Below the pieces are notes generated by a model that was not told the DNA's origin, did not search any database, and worked only from the letters and a program-made list of their open reading frames with translations. A stretch of 64,000 nucleotides of DNA from Prorocentrum cordatum (lineage: Eukaryota), in contig CAUYUJ010000291.1 in NCBI GenBank assembly GCA_963575745.1, positions 1 through 64,000 of the forward strand. The letters run 5' to 3'. Below are positions 37,631 to 49,262 of this stretch, one piece after another. Within the stretch, counting starts at the first letter, position 1. The number at the start of each line of letters is the position of its first letter. The translations under genes were made by a program, and so were the position numbers.

Positions 37631-39881
37631 CCTCTGGGCGCGCCTGGGGCCTTTTTGGGGCCGTGTCCGAGGAGCCCCGGTGGGCAGCGTGGCCGAGGAC
37701 CCGTGCGGGCGCGCCGAGGGCCTCCGTGGGGTTGCGTCCCGGGGGCCTCCGTGAGCAGCGAGTCGGGAGCCCCTGTGGTGCGGGGGCCCTTTCTGGCCAG
37801 GAGGAGGAGGAGGAGGAGGAGGAGGAGGAGGAGGAGGAGGAGGAGGAGTGCAAGCCCTCGCGTCATATCTGACATCCTATCCCTCCCATCCCTTACCATG
37901 GCGTAGATCCCCTCTCTACTCGCACAGTCGGATGTCGAGCAGGGCAATGATCCCGAAAGGGTACGCGATGCATTGTAGAGCACGGCATGGCATGGCGTAG
38001 AAGAGCACCGCAAAGCGTAGTATCAACCTAGCATTGCATTGCATGCCGTGGCATGGCACGGGAGAAATGACGCCAGCGCTGCAGCGGGAGCACGAGTCGA
38101 AACGAGCGGAAACGCGGAAATGAGGCCAGCGCTGCAGCGAGAGCACGATTCGGAACGAGCGGAAGCACGGAAATGAGGCCACCGCTGCAGCGGGAGCACG
38201 ATTCGGAACGAGCGGGGCCCGAAAATGAGGCCGGCGCCTCAGCAAGAGCAGCATTTTGAAAAAGTGCAGGCGAAAACCCATTTCCGGGGAAACCTGTGTG
38301 TAAAAATACAGTACGCGGGGGGGGGTCGAGCACTTTCAAATCGTCATCAGGGAAAGAGGGAGAGTAGTATACATATTGAGTAATTGTAGAGGAGGAGGAG
38401 GAGGAGGAGGAGGAGGAGGAGGAGGAGGAGGAGGAGGAGGAGGAGGAAGGGGGAGGAGGAGGAGGAGGAGGAGGAGGAGGAGGAGGAGAGGAGGGAGGAG
38501 GGGGAGGAGGAGGGGGAGGAGGGGAGAGGTGGCATCTGGGAGCAGATTGCGAGAGCGCATCGGCCCGGGGAGGCGGGCCGCCGCCGCCGCTGCTGAGCTG
38601 CAAAGGGGGCCTCGAGCGAGAGCGCCGTTCCCAAATTCGGGGGGTTCCCTGGCCAGGGGATCTCGAAGTACGGGGGCCACTGCACTCGTGGCCGGGCCTG
38701 CGCCAACTGATCTGGATCACGAGAAAGTCTAGCGAGAGCGCCGCCCCGGAGTTCGAGGGCCTCTCTGGCCAGGGGCTTTCGGGATACATCTTGAGAAGCA
38801 TCGAGCGAGAACCGTTGTCCCCGCGTCTGGGCCTCAGCCAACCTGCTTGAAGTACGAGAGAGTCACGAGCGAGAGCGTCGTTCTTGAGTTTGGGGGCCTC
38901 TCTGGCCTGGGCCTCTGGGAGTACTGTCCTCGCGACACGTCAAAGCGAAACTCAGAAGACGGCGAGCGTCGGGCCCGACAAGTTAGTTACGAAAGACGAC
39001 GAGGCCGCACCGGGCGAAGTTAGTTAGCGAGAAAGCGAAAGCGCCGAGAGGACGCAAGGCTGAAGTTAGGACCTCCGCGTGGTAGCAGCATGGTCCGTTC
39101 GTGCATTCCACGTCCTGATCTATCACGCTGGCAGAGCAGCGCGATGTCACGCGCACCAAAAAAAACACCAGGGAGTGCTGCCACAAAGCGGAATCACATG
39201 CGCATGATAACCAGGATGAGCGCGCGATTCAATTGCGAATGCGATTCAGACTGCAATTCCGAAAACGGACGCGACATACCAAGTTATATTGCCAAAGGAC
39301 AACCTGAGATACTGGAATTGGCATTGCCCATATGATTTCGTTTTTGTGCGAATCCTGTGAGCCAACACAGATGTTGTCATATTCGCGCAACTATTTTGTG
39401 TTTTTTTGTTTCTGAATATTTTGCGTTGGTAATCGTGGTCGTATTCCCCGCTACGTGTATTGCCTGATGAAAACCAGTACTATTGCTTTTTTTCACCGCA
39501 GTTTGTTTATTGCACGAATGTTCACGACGTTGCGCATATCCGCATGAATATGGGCATCGTTGCGTACGGCACGTTACCGTCATAACGCAGATTCCATTTA
39601 ATAGTAATACTGGATGCGGGTATGACACCATATTGGAATATTATGATGTTTTTGTTTAAACGTGAATGAAACGTAATAACAACATAATGTATACCGTGAG
39701 TTGGGTTGATGTCTGGTTGTCCTTATTGTTTGTTTCGTAATGTTATCGGTCGCGCTACTACCGCTATCAATGCAAATGCTTGGGCTCGTGCTCATTCTCG
39801 CCTTCAGGCCCAAGGAAGCGTCGCATTCCAGCTGGTGACCCTGATTTTCCCTTGCCACGGTTCCGACGTACCTTTAGAAGC

Positions 39882-42800
39882 ATGTCGGCCTCTTCCTCGG
39901 GCGCTGCTCGCCGCAGGGCGATTGCAGCCATGTTCGGGGAACCTCCTGGCGCCACCCCCGAGAAGAAGCAGAAGGTGTTGGGCGTTGTCTCGCTGACCCC
40001 TGAGCAAAAAAGGATCAAAGATATCAAGGAGGGCAGGGGGCACATCCTGATTTTTAAACGTTTACCATGCGAACATATACGTGCGCAGCATTTGTTTTAC
40101 ATGGGGCGAAGCATCCTTATAAAAAGGGACACAATTGGGAACATCAGAACGAAGCCCGCCCGCCCCCGCCCCCCAAGGGCGTCGACGTTTTCAAGCGGCA
40201 GGCCGACGCGACAGCCGAGGCCCAGCGACAGCTCGCCGAGGAGTGGGGCCTCGAGTGGCCCAGGCCGCAGCCAACGGGGCCACCGCGCAAGGGGGGGCCG
40301 ATCCCCAGAGCCCAAAAATGGCAGGATAGTCTTTACCAGTGGCACGCGGGAGTTGTGAAGGGCGAGCTCCCCAAGCCCTCGGCGCCCCCGCCGCTGCTGT
40401 TCCCGTCGGACTGGGGCCATAAGAAATGCCCCGCGTGGGCGTACCAGGCGAGGGCGACGACCCCCGACAGAGACCCCCAGGCCACTCCGAAAGCGCAGAA
40501 AGGGGAAACCCAAGACGATCTGACGCCCGAGAACGGCCCGCAGGGCACTCCGAAGGCGGAGGGCGGGGACACCCAGGGCGTGGTGAACGACGAGTGCGCG
40601 AAGCAGCCCGAGAAGAAGCGGAGTTATCATTTGTACCCGCCCGAGGTGGTTGATTTCTATTTCGGTTTCGAAAAGGACATGGGGGGGGCCCGCTCGAAAG
40701 TTGTCGACTTCGTCAAGAGTCACTACCCCTCCCTGTTCCCGAAGACCTTCTGTGAAAGCCGAGTTCGCGCCTGGGAAAAGACGCGCCGTAGTCCTGACAG
40801 CGGGAGCGCTGCTGCTGGGCGGGGATGGCGTTTGGGCCAGACTGTCTTGCCAGTCGGCCATTTGGCATTTATCGGCTCCCTCATCGTATCGCAGTACAAC
40901 GCCGGAATTCCCATGACCGCGCGGCTCCTCGTTCCCCTCGTGGCAGGGGCATTGGTGGCGAAGGGGCTCGGTGACAAGGTGGTCTCGAAGCAAATGCGGC
41001 GGGCACTCGCACAATGCATCAGCAAGCTTGTTTGGGCATGCATGTGTGAACGCATGCGTGTATAAATGTCTGCACAGCACGCGAGATCTTACATGTACGT
41101 ACTTACTTGCATGCATGTGGCCCGTTCGTTTGTATGTGTATGCTTGCCCACCGGCATGTACGCGCTGCTGTATAACAGTGCACGTTCTGTGTTTTCGTTG
41201 AGGGGGAAGAAGGAAGCGGACACCGAACGTGAACAACACGCACACACGTAGCAGGGTTGTCCTACGAACGTGGCCGAAACTTGGCGCGAGCGCGCATAGA
41301 GAGAAAAGTGCCACCCTGGGCAGTCGCAAAAACAACCCGGAGAAACAAACGTGCACCGACCTAGGCGTTTACTAAAAGTCCCCGTGGCCGCGGAGGACAA
41401 GGAGGGGGAGGAGGAACGGGAGGAAGAAGGAAAGCCAACTCGCGTATGGTACGACTTCGGCCTGAAACGTATCCGGACCGCGGCTGGATGGGAAGTTCCG
41501 CAGAAGGTTCTGGCGGAGTGCCCAAACAGCCACATCGATAAATCCAACATAGCAAGAGAAAAGCGAGAGGGGGGAGGAGGAACAGGAGGAGGAAAGAGAA
41601 AAGGAGGGAGGAGCCGACAGACGCGCAAGAGTGAGACAGTACATGATCAACCTAAGGTTGGAAGCATGCGTATGTGTAGCGTGTGTGTTCTGTGTCTGCT
41701 GGCGTGCATGTGCGCGTATCTGGATATGTGCACTGATGTATGGTGTGTCTACGTGTGCGCAAAATGCACCAGTAAGCTCTTTTCACTGCGCCCTGTCGTC
41801 AGGGCTATGCTTCGACGTAGGTCCGATACAACATTCAAAACTCGTCTGGAAACGCATCGCACTAGTGTTCGCACAGTGTTCGGTCCAGACTCTTACCCTA
41901 ACCAGCCAATCGCCCTTCTAAGCGCCACTCCGCTCAGTCTTATCATCCACCCTTCGGCTCTCAGATGCCGAACGCCTTCTCCAGGATGTTTTGGGCATTC
42001 TTGTCGAGACTACCCACGGCCGCCTGCGCATCTTCACCGCCCTCCACATCGTGGTCAGCCTCGCTTGCTGGCTCCATCTCCGCTGCCTCCTCGGCCTCCC
42101 ACGCTGCGCCCAATCCAAGCTCCTTGTCAGCTGCTTCCGCTGCGGCTTTCGCCTCAGCAGCTTTCCTTTCTTGGTAGCGCAATGTTTTGTAAGGGTTGCA
42201 CACCAAGCACCCTCCTCCGGACCAGCGGCACTTGGGGCAACCGTACAAGTAGTTGCCACTTCCGTTGCAGCCGTCAGGCTGCGGCGCCTTCGATTTCGCC
42301 TTCCCCTTCGCTTTGCCCTTCCCCTTCGCCTTCTCCTCCTCTTTGGCCTTCTCTTCCCCTTTCGTCAACCCTTCATCCTCTTCATCATCCTTCGCCTCAT
42401 CATCCTCCTTCGCCTTATCCTCCCCCTTCGCTTTCTCATCCCCTTTCGCCTTCCTTCCATCCTCCTCCTTCGCCCCGTCCACTTCCTTCGCCTTCTCCTC
42501 CTCCTCCTCCTCCTCTTTCGCCTTGTCCTCCGCCTTCACCTTCGCCTTCTCCTCCTCCTCCTCCTTCGCCTTCTCCTCCTCCTCCTCCTTTGCGTTCTCC
42601 TCCTCGTTCGCGTTCGCCTTCGCTTCCTCCTCGACGTCCTTCTCCTCGCCCTGCGCCTTTTCCTCGTCTGCCTGCGCATCGGGGGACTTGCTGATCTTCG
42701 TCAGGGTTCCCCCGAATAGCTCCTTTTTGGCCTCCAGGGCTTCCGCCTCCTGGAAGAGCGCCCCCTGCTGCGGGCCCCAAGCCTGCGCCAAGCCTGACTC

Positions 42801-44840
42801 GGCCCATCCGCGGCACAGCTCCTGCCCAGAAGGACGACGAGGAAAACGAGGAGGACGACGAGGAAAACGAGGGAATGGGAGATGGAGGAGGGGGAGGAGA
42901 AAAGCGAGGAAAACAGGGACGAGGGGCAGGAATACCCACTTTCGATCGATTGTTTTGTTGATGTGCGCGCGTTTCGTTTCGCTCGAGGGCCTGGCGGGTG
43001 AAGGGCCACAAACTCGCAGAGGGGGGCCGGGTGATTCGGGAAAGATGCGCCTCCTTGTCTTTCTTAGAGATCTCCTCGAAGGCAGTAGACAGAAAATGGC
43101 AGAAAGGAGTCTTCAAGGCAACGAGGTTCAGGTCGATCGTCACAGAGGTGCTCGGGACACTCTGGTCAGCAAGCTTCAAGGCAACTTGACCCGCGAACCA
43201 CTCCGTGGCCGCAGTGCTGATGAGGTTCTTGAACTGGGCGTTGACGGCAACGTCCAGAGGTTGCAAGAAAGGGGTGTAGTTTGCCGGAACGAACAGCAGG
43301 ATGAGTTGCGGAAGCGTCTGCTTCACCCAATCCAGAAATCCAGCGTCACGGTGCGAAGAGTAAACGTCGAGGATGAGCACCATGCGTTGCCCAAGTGGCA
43401 AGCCGTTCTTCTCCACCATAAGCGTGTAGTATGTCTCCATGAGATGGGTGACGAATTCCTTCATGGTTTGCACTGTGCTCCAGTGGCTCTCAGAATGGGC
43501 GTGGAAGATATGTTTTTCGAACTGCTTCTGCGTCTGGGAGGTCGGCTCGCACTGCTTCGTTTTCCCTCCCCAGATCACTTGGCACGGCCTGATGAGCTCG
43601 CCTGCCGCTGAAATCCGCCGACCCTGTCGGCGTGTGGAATGGGCTGTTCCGTTCGTCGTCGTCGCCGTCGCCGCCAAGCGAGCCAGCCAAATCGACGCGC
43701 CCTAACCCAACCAAAGCAAAATTGAGGAACGTCGTCATCGTCGTCGTCGTAGTCGTCGTTCAGGGTCGGCGGCGCTCGCCGTAAGGCCTTTCGAATCGTC
43801 GGTATGACCGTGTATTGCCGCTTGTCACCAGCCCCATGGAAGACCGTCTGCTGCCCCTTCCCGCTGGGTGCCCAACCCCGAGGCTTCAAAGGGAGTAAGA
43901 AGACACCTGTTTCGTCCATGTTCACCACAAGCTCTCGTGGGATGGAGTGGGAAACGACGCAATAGACCAGACGCAAGAGGAACATATGAGCTGTAGCCTT
44001 CAGGTCCACCTCGTTCGGTTGATGCTTCTTGGTGCGAGTCGGCCGCTTGTAGGACATCTTCAGAACTACTTTGCAGAATCGCTGCACCCACCTGTCCGTG
44101 ATGCTGACCTTCCCATCGTGGCCTTTCTTTTCGTTCCCTTTTGTTTCGGTCACCACCTGGGAGCGCATTTGCTAATCGACCGAGCGGCGGAGGAGGACGA
44201 GGAGGATGCACCGGAGGCGGGGAGGGGGATGTGTCAAAGCATGCGCTCTCAAGCGTGGGAAGAGCTCCGCGGGCGAAAGGGGCAGAGGATTTATTAACAT
44301 GCTCCGGCGCTGACGCCCAGAGCGGTCGCACAGCAAATACGCTCCCAGGTGGTGACCGAAACGAAAGGGAACGAAAAGAAAGGCCACGATGGGAAGGTCA
44401 GCATCACGGACAGGTGGGTGCAGCGATTATGCAAAGTAGTTCTGAAGATGTCCTACAAGCGGCCGACTCGCACCAAGAAGCATCAACCGAACGAGGTGGA
44501 CCTGAAGGCTACAGCTCATCTGTTCCTCTTGCGTCTGGTCTATTGCGTCGTTTCCCACTCCATCCCACGAGAGCTTGTGGTGAACATGGACGAAACAGGT
44601 GTCTTCTTACTCCCTTTGAAGCCTCGGGGTTGGGCACCCAGCGGGAAGGGGCAGCAGACGGTCTTCCACGGGGCTGGTGACAAGCGGCAATACACGGTCA
44701 TACCGACGATTCGAAAGGCCTTACGGCGAGCGCCGCAGACCCTGAATGACGACGATTACGACGACGACGATGACGATGAGGACGTTGCTCCGTTTCGCTT
44801 TGGCTGGGTTGGTGCATTTCGATTTGGCTCACTCGCTTGG

Positions 44841-44873
<33 letters not shown>

Positions 44874-46526
44874 ACGGATCAGCCCATTCCACACGCCGAC
44901 AGGGTCGGCGGATTTCAGCGGCAGGCGAGCTCATCAGGCCGTGCCAAGTGATCTGGGGAGGGAAAACGAAGCAGTGCGAGCCGACCTCCCAGACGCAGAA
45001 GCAGTTCGAAAAACATATCTTCCATGCCCATTCTGAGAGCCACTGGAGCACAGTGCAAACCATGAAGGAATTCGTCACCCATCTCATGGAGACATACTAC
45101 ACGCCTATGGTGGAGAAGAACGGCTTGCCACTTGGGCAACGCATGGTGCTCATCCTCGACGTCTACTCTTCGCACCGTGACGCTGGATTTCTGGACTGGG
45201 TGAAGCAGACGTTTCCGCAACTCATCCTGCTGTTCGTTCCGGCAAACTACACCCCTTTCTTGCAACCTCTGGACGTTGCCGTCAACGCCCAGTTCAAGAA
45301 CCTCATCAGCACTGCGGCCACGGAGTGGTTCGCGGGTCAAGTTGCCTTGAAGCTTGCTGACCAGAGTGTCCCGAGCACCTCTGTGACGATCGACCTGAAC
45401 CTCGTTGCCTTGAAGACTCCCTTCTGCCATTTTCTGTCTACTGCCTTCGAGGAGATCTCTAAGAAAGACAAGGAAGCGCATCTTTCCCGAATCACCCGGC
45501 CCCCCTCTGCGAGTTTGTGGCCCTTCACCCGCCAGGCCCTCGAGCGAAACGAAACGCGCACACATCAACAAAACAATCGATCGAAAGTGGGTATTCCTGC
45601 CCCTCGTCCCTGTTTTCCTCGCTGTCCTCCTCCCCCTCCTCCATCTCCCACTCCCTCGTTTTCCTCGTCGTCCTCCTCGTTTTCCTCGTCGTCCTTCTGG
45701 GCAGGAGCTGTGCCGCGGATGGGCCGAGTCAGGCTTGGCGCAGGCTTGGGGCCCGCAGCAGGGGGCGCTCTTCCAGGAGGCGGAAGCCCTGGAGGCCAAA
45801 AAGGAGCTATTCGGGGGAACCCTGACGAAGATCAGCAAGTCCCCCGATGCGCAGGCAGACGAGGAAAAGGCGCAGGGTGAGGAGAAGGACGTCGAGGAGG
45901 AAGCGAAGGCGAACGCGAACGAGGAGGAGAACGCAAAGGAGGAGGAGGAGGAGGAGAAGGCGAAGGCGGAGCAGACGGCGAAGAAGGAGGCGGAGAAGGC
46001 GAAACAAATTGACGAGACGATGGAGGAGGATGGAGGGAAGGCGAAAGGGGATGATAAAGCGAAGGGAGAGGTTAAGGCGAAGGAGGATAAGGCGAAGGAT
46101 GATGAAGAGGATGAGGGGATGGCGAAAGGGGAAAAGAAGGCCAAAGAGGAGGAGAAGGCGAATGGGAAGGACAAAGCGAAGGAGAAGGCGAAATCCAAGG
46201 CGCTGCAGCCTGACGGCTGCAAAGGAGGTGGCAATTACTTGTACGGTTGCCCCAAGTGCCGCTGGTCCGGAGGAGGGTGCTTGGTGTGCAACCCTTACAA
46301 AACATTGCGCTACCAAGAGAGGAAAGCTGCTGAGGCGAAAGCCGCAGCGGAAGCAGCTGACAAGGAACTTGGACTGGGCGCAGCGTGGGAGGCCGAGGAG
46401 GCAGCGGAAATGGAGCCAGCAGGCGAGGCAAACCACGAAGTGGAGGGCGGTGAAGATGCGCAGGCGGCCATGGGTAGTCTCGACAAGAGTGCTCAACACA
46501 TTCTGGAGAAGGCGTTCGGCATCTGA
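39882..46526 (+). CDS. pogo-superfamily DD37D transposase, copy A (~896 aa); exons 39882-40028, 40178-40978, 44349-44711, 44915-45472, 45705-46526
   Basis: HTH-like RSYHLYPPE..ESRVRAW; CENP-B-type HTH GIPMTARLL..|..ITDRWVQR..KMSYKRPT; catalytic NMDETG, LILDVYSSH, QPLDVAVN (37 residues between D2 and D3); E/K-rich tail with GCPKCRWSGGGCLVC. Three joins are phase 0 (GA-AG, GT-AG, GA-AG); the 44712-44914 insert must also be removed. Confidence 0.78.
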
Positions 46527-48611
46527 GAGCCGAAAGGTTGATGACAAGGCTGAGCGGAGTGGCGCTTAGTTGCAAATTAGGGTCAGAGTCTGGACCGAAC
46601 ACTGTGCGAGCACTAGTGCGATGCGTTTTCAGACGAGTTTTGAATCTTGTATCGGACCTACGTCGAAGCATAGCCCTGGCGACAGGGCGCAGTGAAAAGA
46701 GCTCACTGGTGCATTTGCGTACACGTAGACATACCATACACACATCAGTGCACATATCCAGATACGCACACAGGCACAACATTAGACACATAACACACAC
46801 GCTACACCTACTCATGCTGCCAACATTAGGCTTATCATGTTCAGTATCACTCGTGCGTGCCTGTCTGCTCCTGTCCCCTCTTCTCTTCCCTCCTTATGTT
46901 CCTCCTCCCCTCCCACTTCTTTTCTCTTTCTTGTGTTGGATTTATCGTTGTGGCCGCTTGGACAGTCCGCCAAAACCTTCTGCGGAACTTCCCATCCAGC
47001 CGCGGGCGGGAGACGTTTCATCAGGCCGGATTCGTATCATACGCCATTTGTTTTCCTACTTCTTCCCGTTCCTCCTCCTCCTCCTCCTCCTTGTCCTCCT
47101 CCTCCGCCTCCTCCCCCTTGTCCCCCTCCTTCCTCTCCACGTCCACCGGGATTTGTTTGGAAACGCCCAGGGCGGCACATTTTTGTTGTTCCGGGTCGTT
47201 TTTGCGAGTGCCCAGGGTGACACGTTTCTCTCTGTGCGCAGAGTTTCGGCCACGTTCGTAGGACAACCCTACTACTTGTGCGTGGTGTTCACGTTCGGTG
47301 TCCGTTTCTTCCTTCTCCGTCAACAAACAGCACGGAACGCGCTCCGTCATTCAGTAGTGCGTACATGCGGGGTGGCGCGCGTGCACATACAAGCGAACGG
47401 GCCACATGCATGCAAGTAATACGTACATGTCGGGTCTCGCGTGCTGCGCCCACAATTCTACACTGCATGCCCAAACGAGTTTGCTGATGCATTGCGCGGG
47501 CGCCCTCCGCATTTGCTTCGAGACCACCTTGTCCCCGAGCCCCTTCGCCACCAATGCCCCTGCCACGAGGGGAACGAGGGGCCGCGCGGTCATGGGAATT
47601 CCGGCGTTGTACTGCGATACGATGAGGGAGCCGATGAATGCCAAATGGCCGACTGGCAAGACAGTCTGGCCCAAACGCCATCCCTGCCCAGCAGCAGCGC
47701 TCCCGTTGTCAGGACGATGGCGCGTCTTTTCCCAGGCGCGAACCCGGCTTTCACAGAAGGTCTTCGGGAACAGGGAGGGGTAGTGTTTCTTGACGAAGTC
47801 GACAACTTTCGAGCGGGCCCCCCCCATGTCCTTCTCGAAACCGAAATAGAAATCAACCACCTCGGGCGGGTACAAATGATAACTCCGCTTCTTCTCGGGC
47901 TGCTTCGCGCACTCGTCGTTCACCACGCCCTGGGTGTCCCCGTCCTCCGCCTTCGGAGTGCCCCGCGGGCCTTTCTCGGGCGTCAGATCGTCTTGGATTT
48001 CCCCGTTCTGCGCCTTCGGAGTGGCCTGTGGGTCTTTGTCGGGGGTCGTCGCCCTCGCCTGGTACGCCCACGCTGGGCACTTCTTATGGTCCCAGTCCGA
48101 CGGGAACAGCAGCGGCGGTGGCGCCGAGGGCTTGGGGAGCTCGCCCTTCACAACTCCCGCGTGCCACTGGTAAAGACTATCCTGCCATTTTTGGGCTCTG
48201 GGGATCGGCCCCCCCTTGCGCGGTGGCCCCGTTGGCTGCGGCCTGGGCCACTCGAGGCCCCACTCCTCGGCGAGCTGTCGCTGGGCCTCGGCTGTCGCGT
48301 CGGCCTGCCGCTTGAAAGCGTCGACATCCTCAGGGGTGGGGGCTGCGTTTTCATGTTCCCTAGCGTGCCCCCCCTCTTGTAGGGATGCACCTTCCTAGGT
48401 AAAGTACGCGTTGCACGCGTGCAGTGTCGGATGTAACAACAAATTGTATTGCGTGTCCCCCGCCCTCCTCGAGATCCTTGGCTCTTTTCTCCTCAGGGGT
48501 CAGTGAGATACAGTTCAACACCTTCTGCTTTTTCTCGGGGGTGGCGCCAGGAGGCTCCCCGAACATGGCTGCGAGCGCCTTGCGACGAACGGCGTAGGAG
48601 GAAACCGACAT
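41961..48611 (-). CDS. pogo-superfamily DD37D transposase, copy B; exons 48611-48468, 48328-47528, 44156-43794, 43611-43054, 42821-41961
   Basis: Same motifs and splice positions as copy A; exon 2 is 801 nt in both; no stops or frameshifts in the predicted exons. Confidence 0.78.
43612..43793 (+). mobile_element. 182-bp hairpin/asymmetric-IR insertion in transposase copy B
   Basis: AATC duplicated at the ends; CCGCCGACCCTG pairs with CAGGGTCGGCGG; removal restores TVIPTI-SAAGEL. Confidence 0.8.
44712..44914 (-). mobile_element. 203-bp orthologous insertion in transposase copy A
   Basis: GATT at 44708-44711 and 44911-44914; hairpin CGCCGAC-AGG-GTCGGCG. Confidence 0.8.
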
Positions 48612-48929
48612 GCTGTCGGCGGTCTGTTGGGGCCGTTGCAAAAAGGAATGCAGGTCCACCACATGGGATGCGACGAGCTCTTGAGCCTGGAGCTCGCGAG
48701 CGTACCAACATTCTATCTCAATCGTGCGATACGCCGGTGTATCCAAGGTTCCCCAAACAATGCTTGCACTCAGGGTTTCTTATTTGTTTTCTAGGGGGGT
48801 GGGCCTGGGAGCGTAACTACCGGCTCTGTTGCCCCCGTCGCCGCTTCGTCGCCGCCTGTCGTTTGGGCGTGGGTGCTGGTCTGGCGGTGCGCCGTCGCCG
48901 CCCCGTCGCTGCCTCTTCGCCGCCCGAGA

Positions 48930-49262
48930 TGTACCACGTAGATTGCACAACATAGATTGCACCACATAGCTAACACCACAGATTGCACTACGTAGCTTGC
49001 ACCACATATATTGCACCATATGGACAGCATCGCAGCTATTGCACCACATGTTTTGCACCACGCAGCTCCCACCACAAACTTTACACCACATAGGTTGCGC
49101 CACATCAATATGGGCGCATACATCGCACCACGCATCTTGCACCACATAGGTTGCGCTACATATATTGAACCACGTACATCGCACCACATGTGTCGCACAA
49201 CCTTGATGGCACCACGTAGATTGCACCACGTAGCTCGCATCTCATATATTGCACGACATAGG
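48930..49262. repeat. Degenerate TTGCACCACATAG minisatellite
   Basis: Direct reading. Confidence 0.85.

Larger units (their letters stand above)
39795..48700. mobile_element. ~8.9-kb imperfect palindrome (arms ~39795-44182 and ~44323-48700, ~140-bp spacer) derived from a pogo-type DNA transposon
   Basis: Mirror-image ORF pairs 40067+/47351-, 41961-/45735+, 42436-/44837+, 43575-/44349+; outer limits approximate. Confidence 0.93.

Noticed and set aside
29395..38530. Poly-D/M/H/E, SQ-rich and FVS-rich ORFs
   Set aside because: Translations of micro- and minisatellites.
41380..41560. Extra exon AAGWEVPQKVLAECP
   Set aside because: No conserved in-phase acceptor, and the mirror copy is frameshifted.
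42253..46234. 452-aa and 439-aa ORFs
   Set aside because: Antisense shadows of the transposase exons.
39795..48700. Foldback sequencing or assembly chimera
   Set aside because: Arms differ by many substitutions and in-frame indels and have a unique spacer; long-read confirmation is still advisable.
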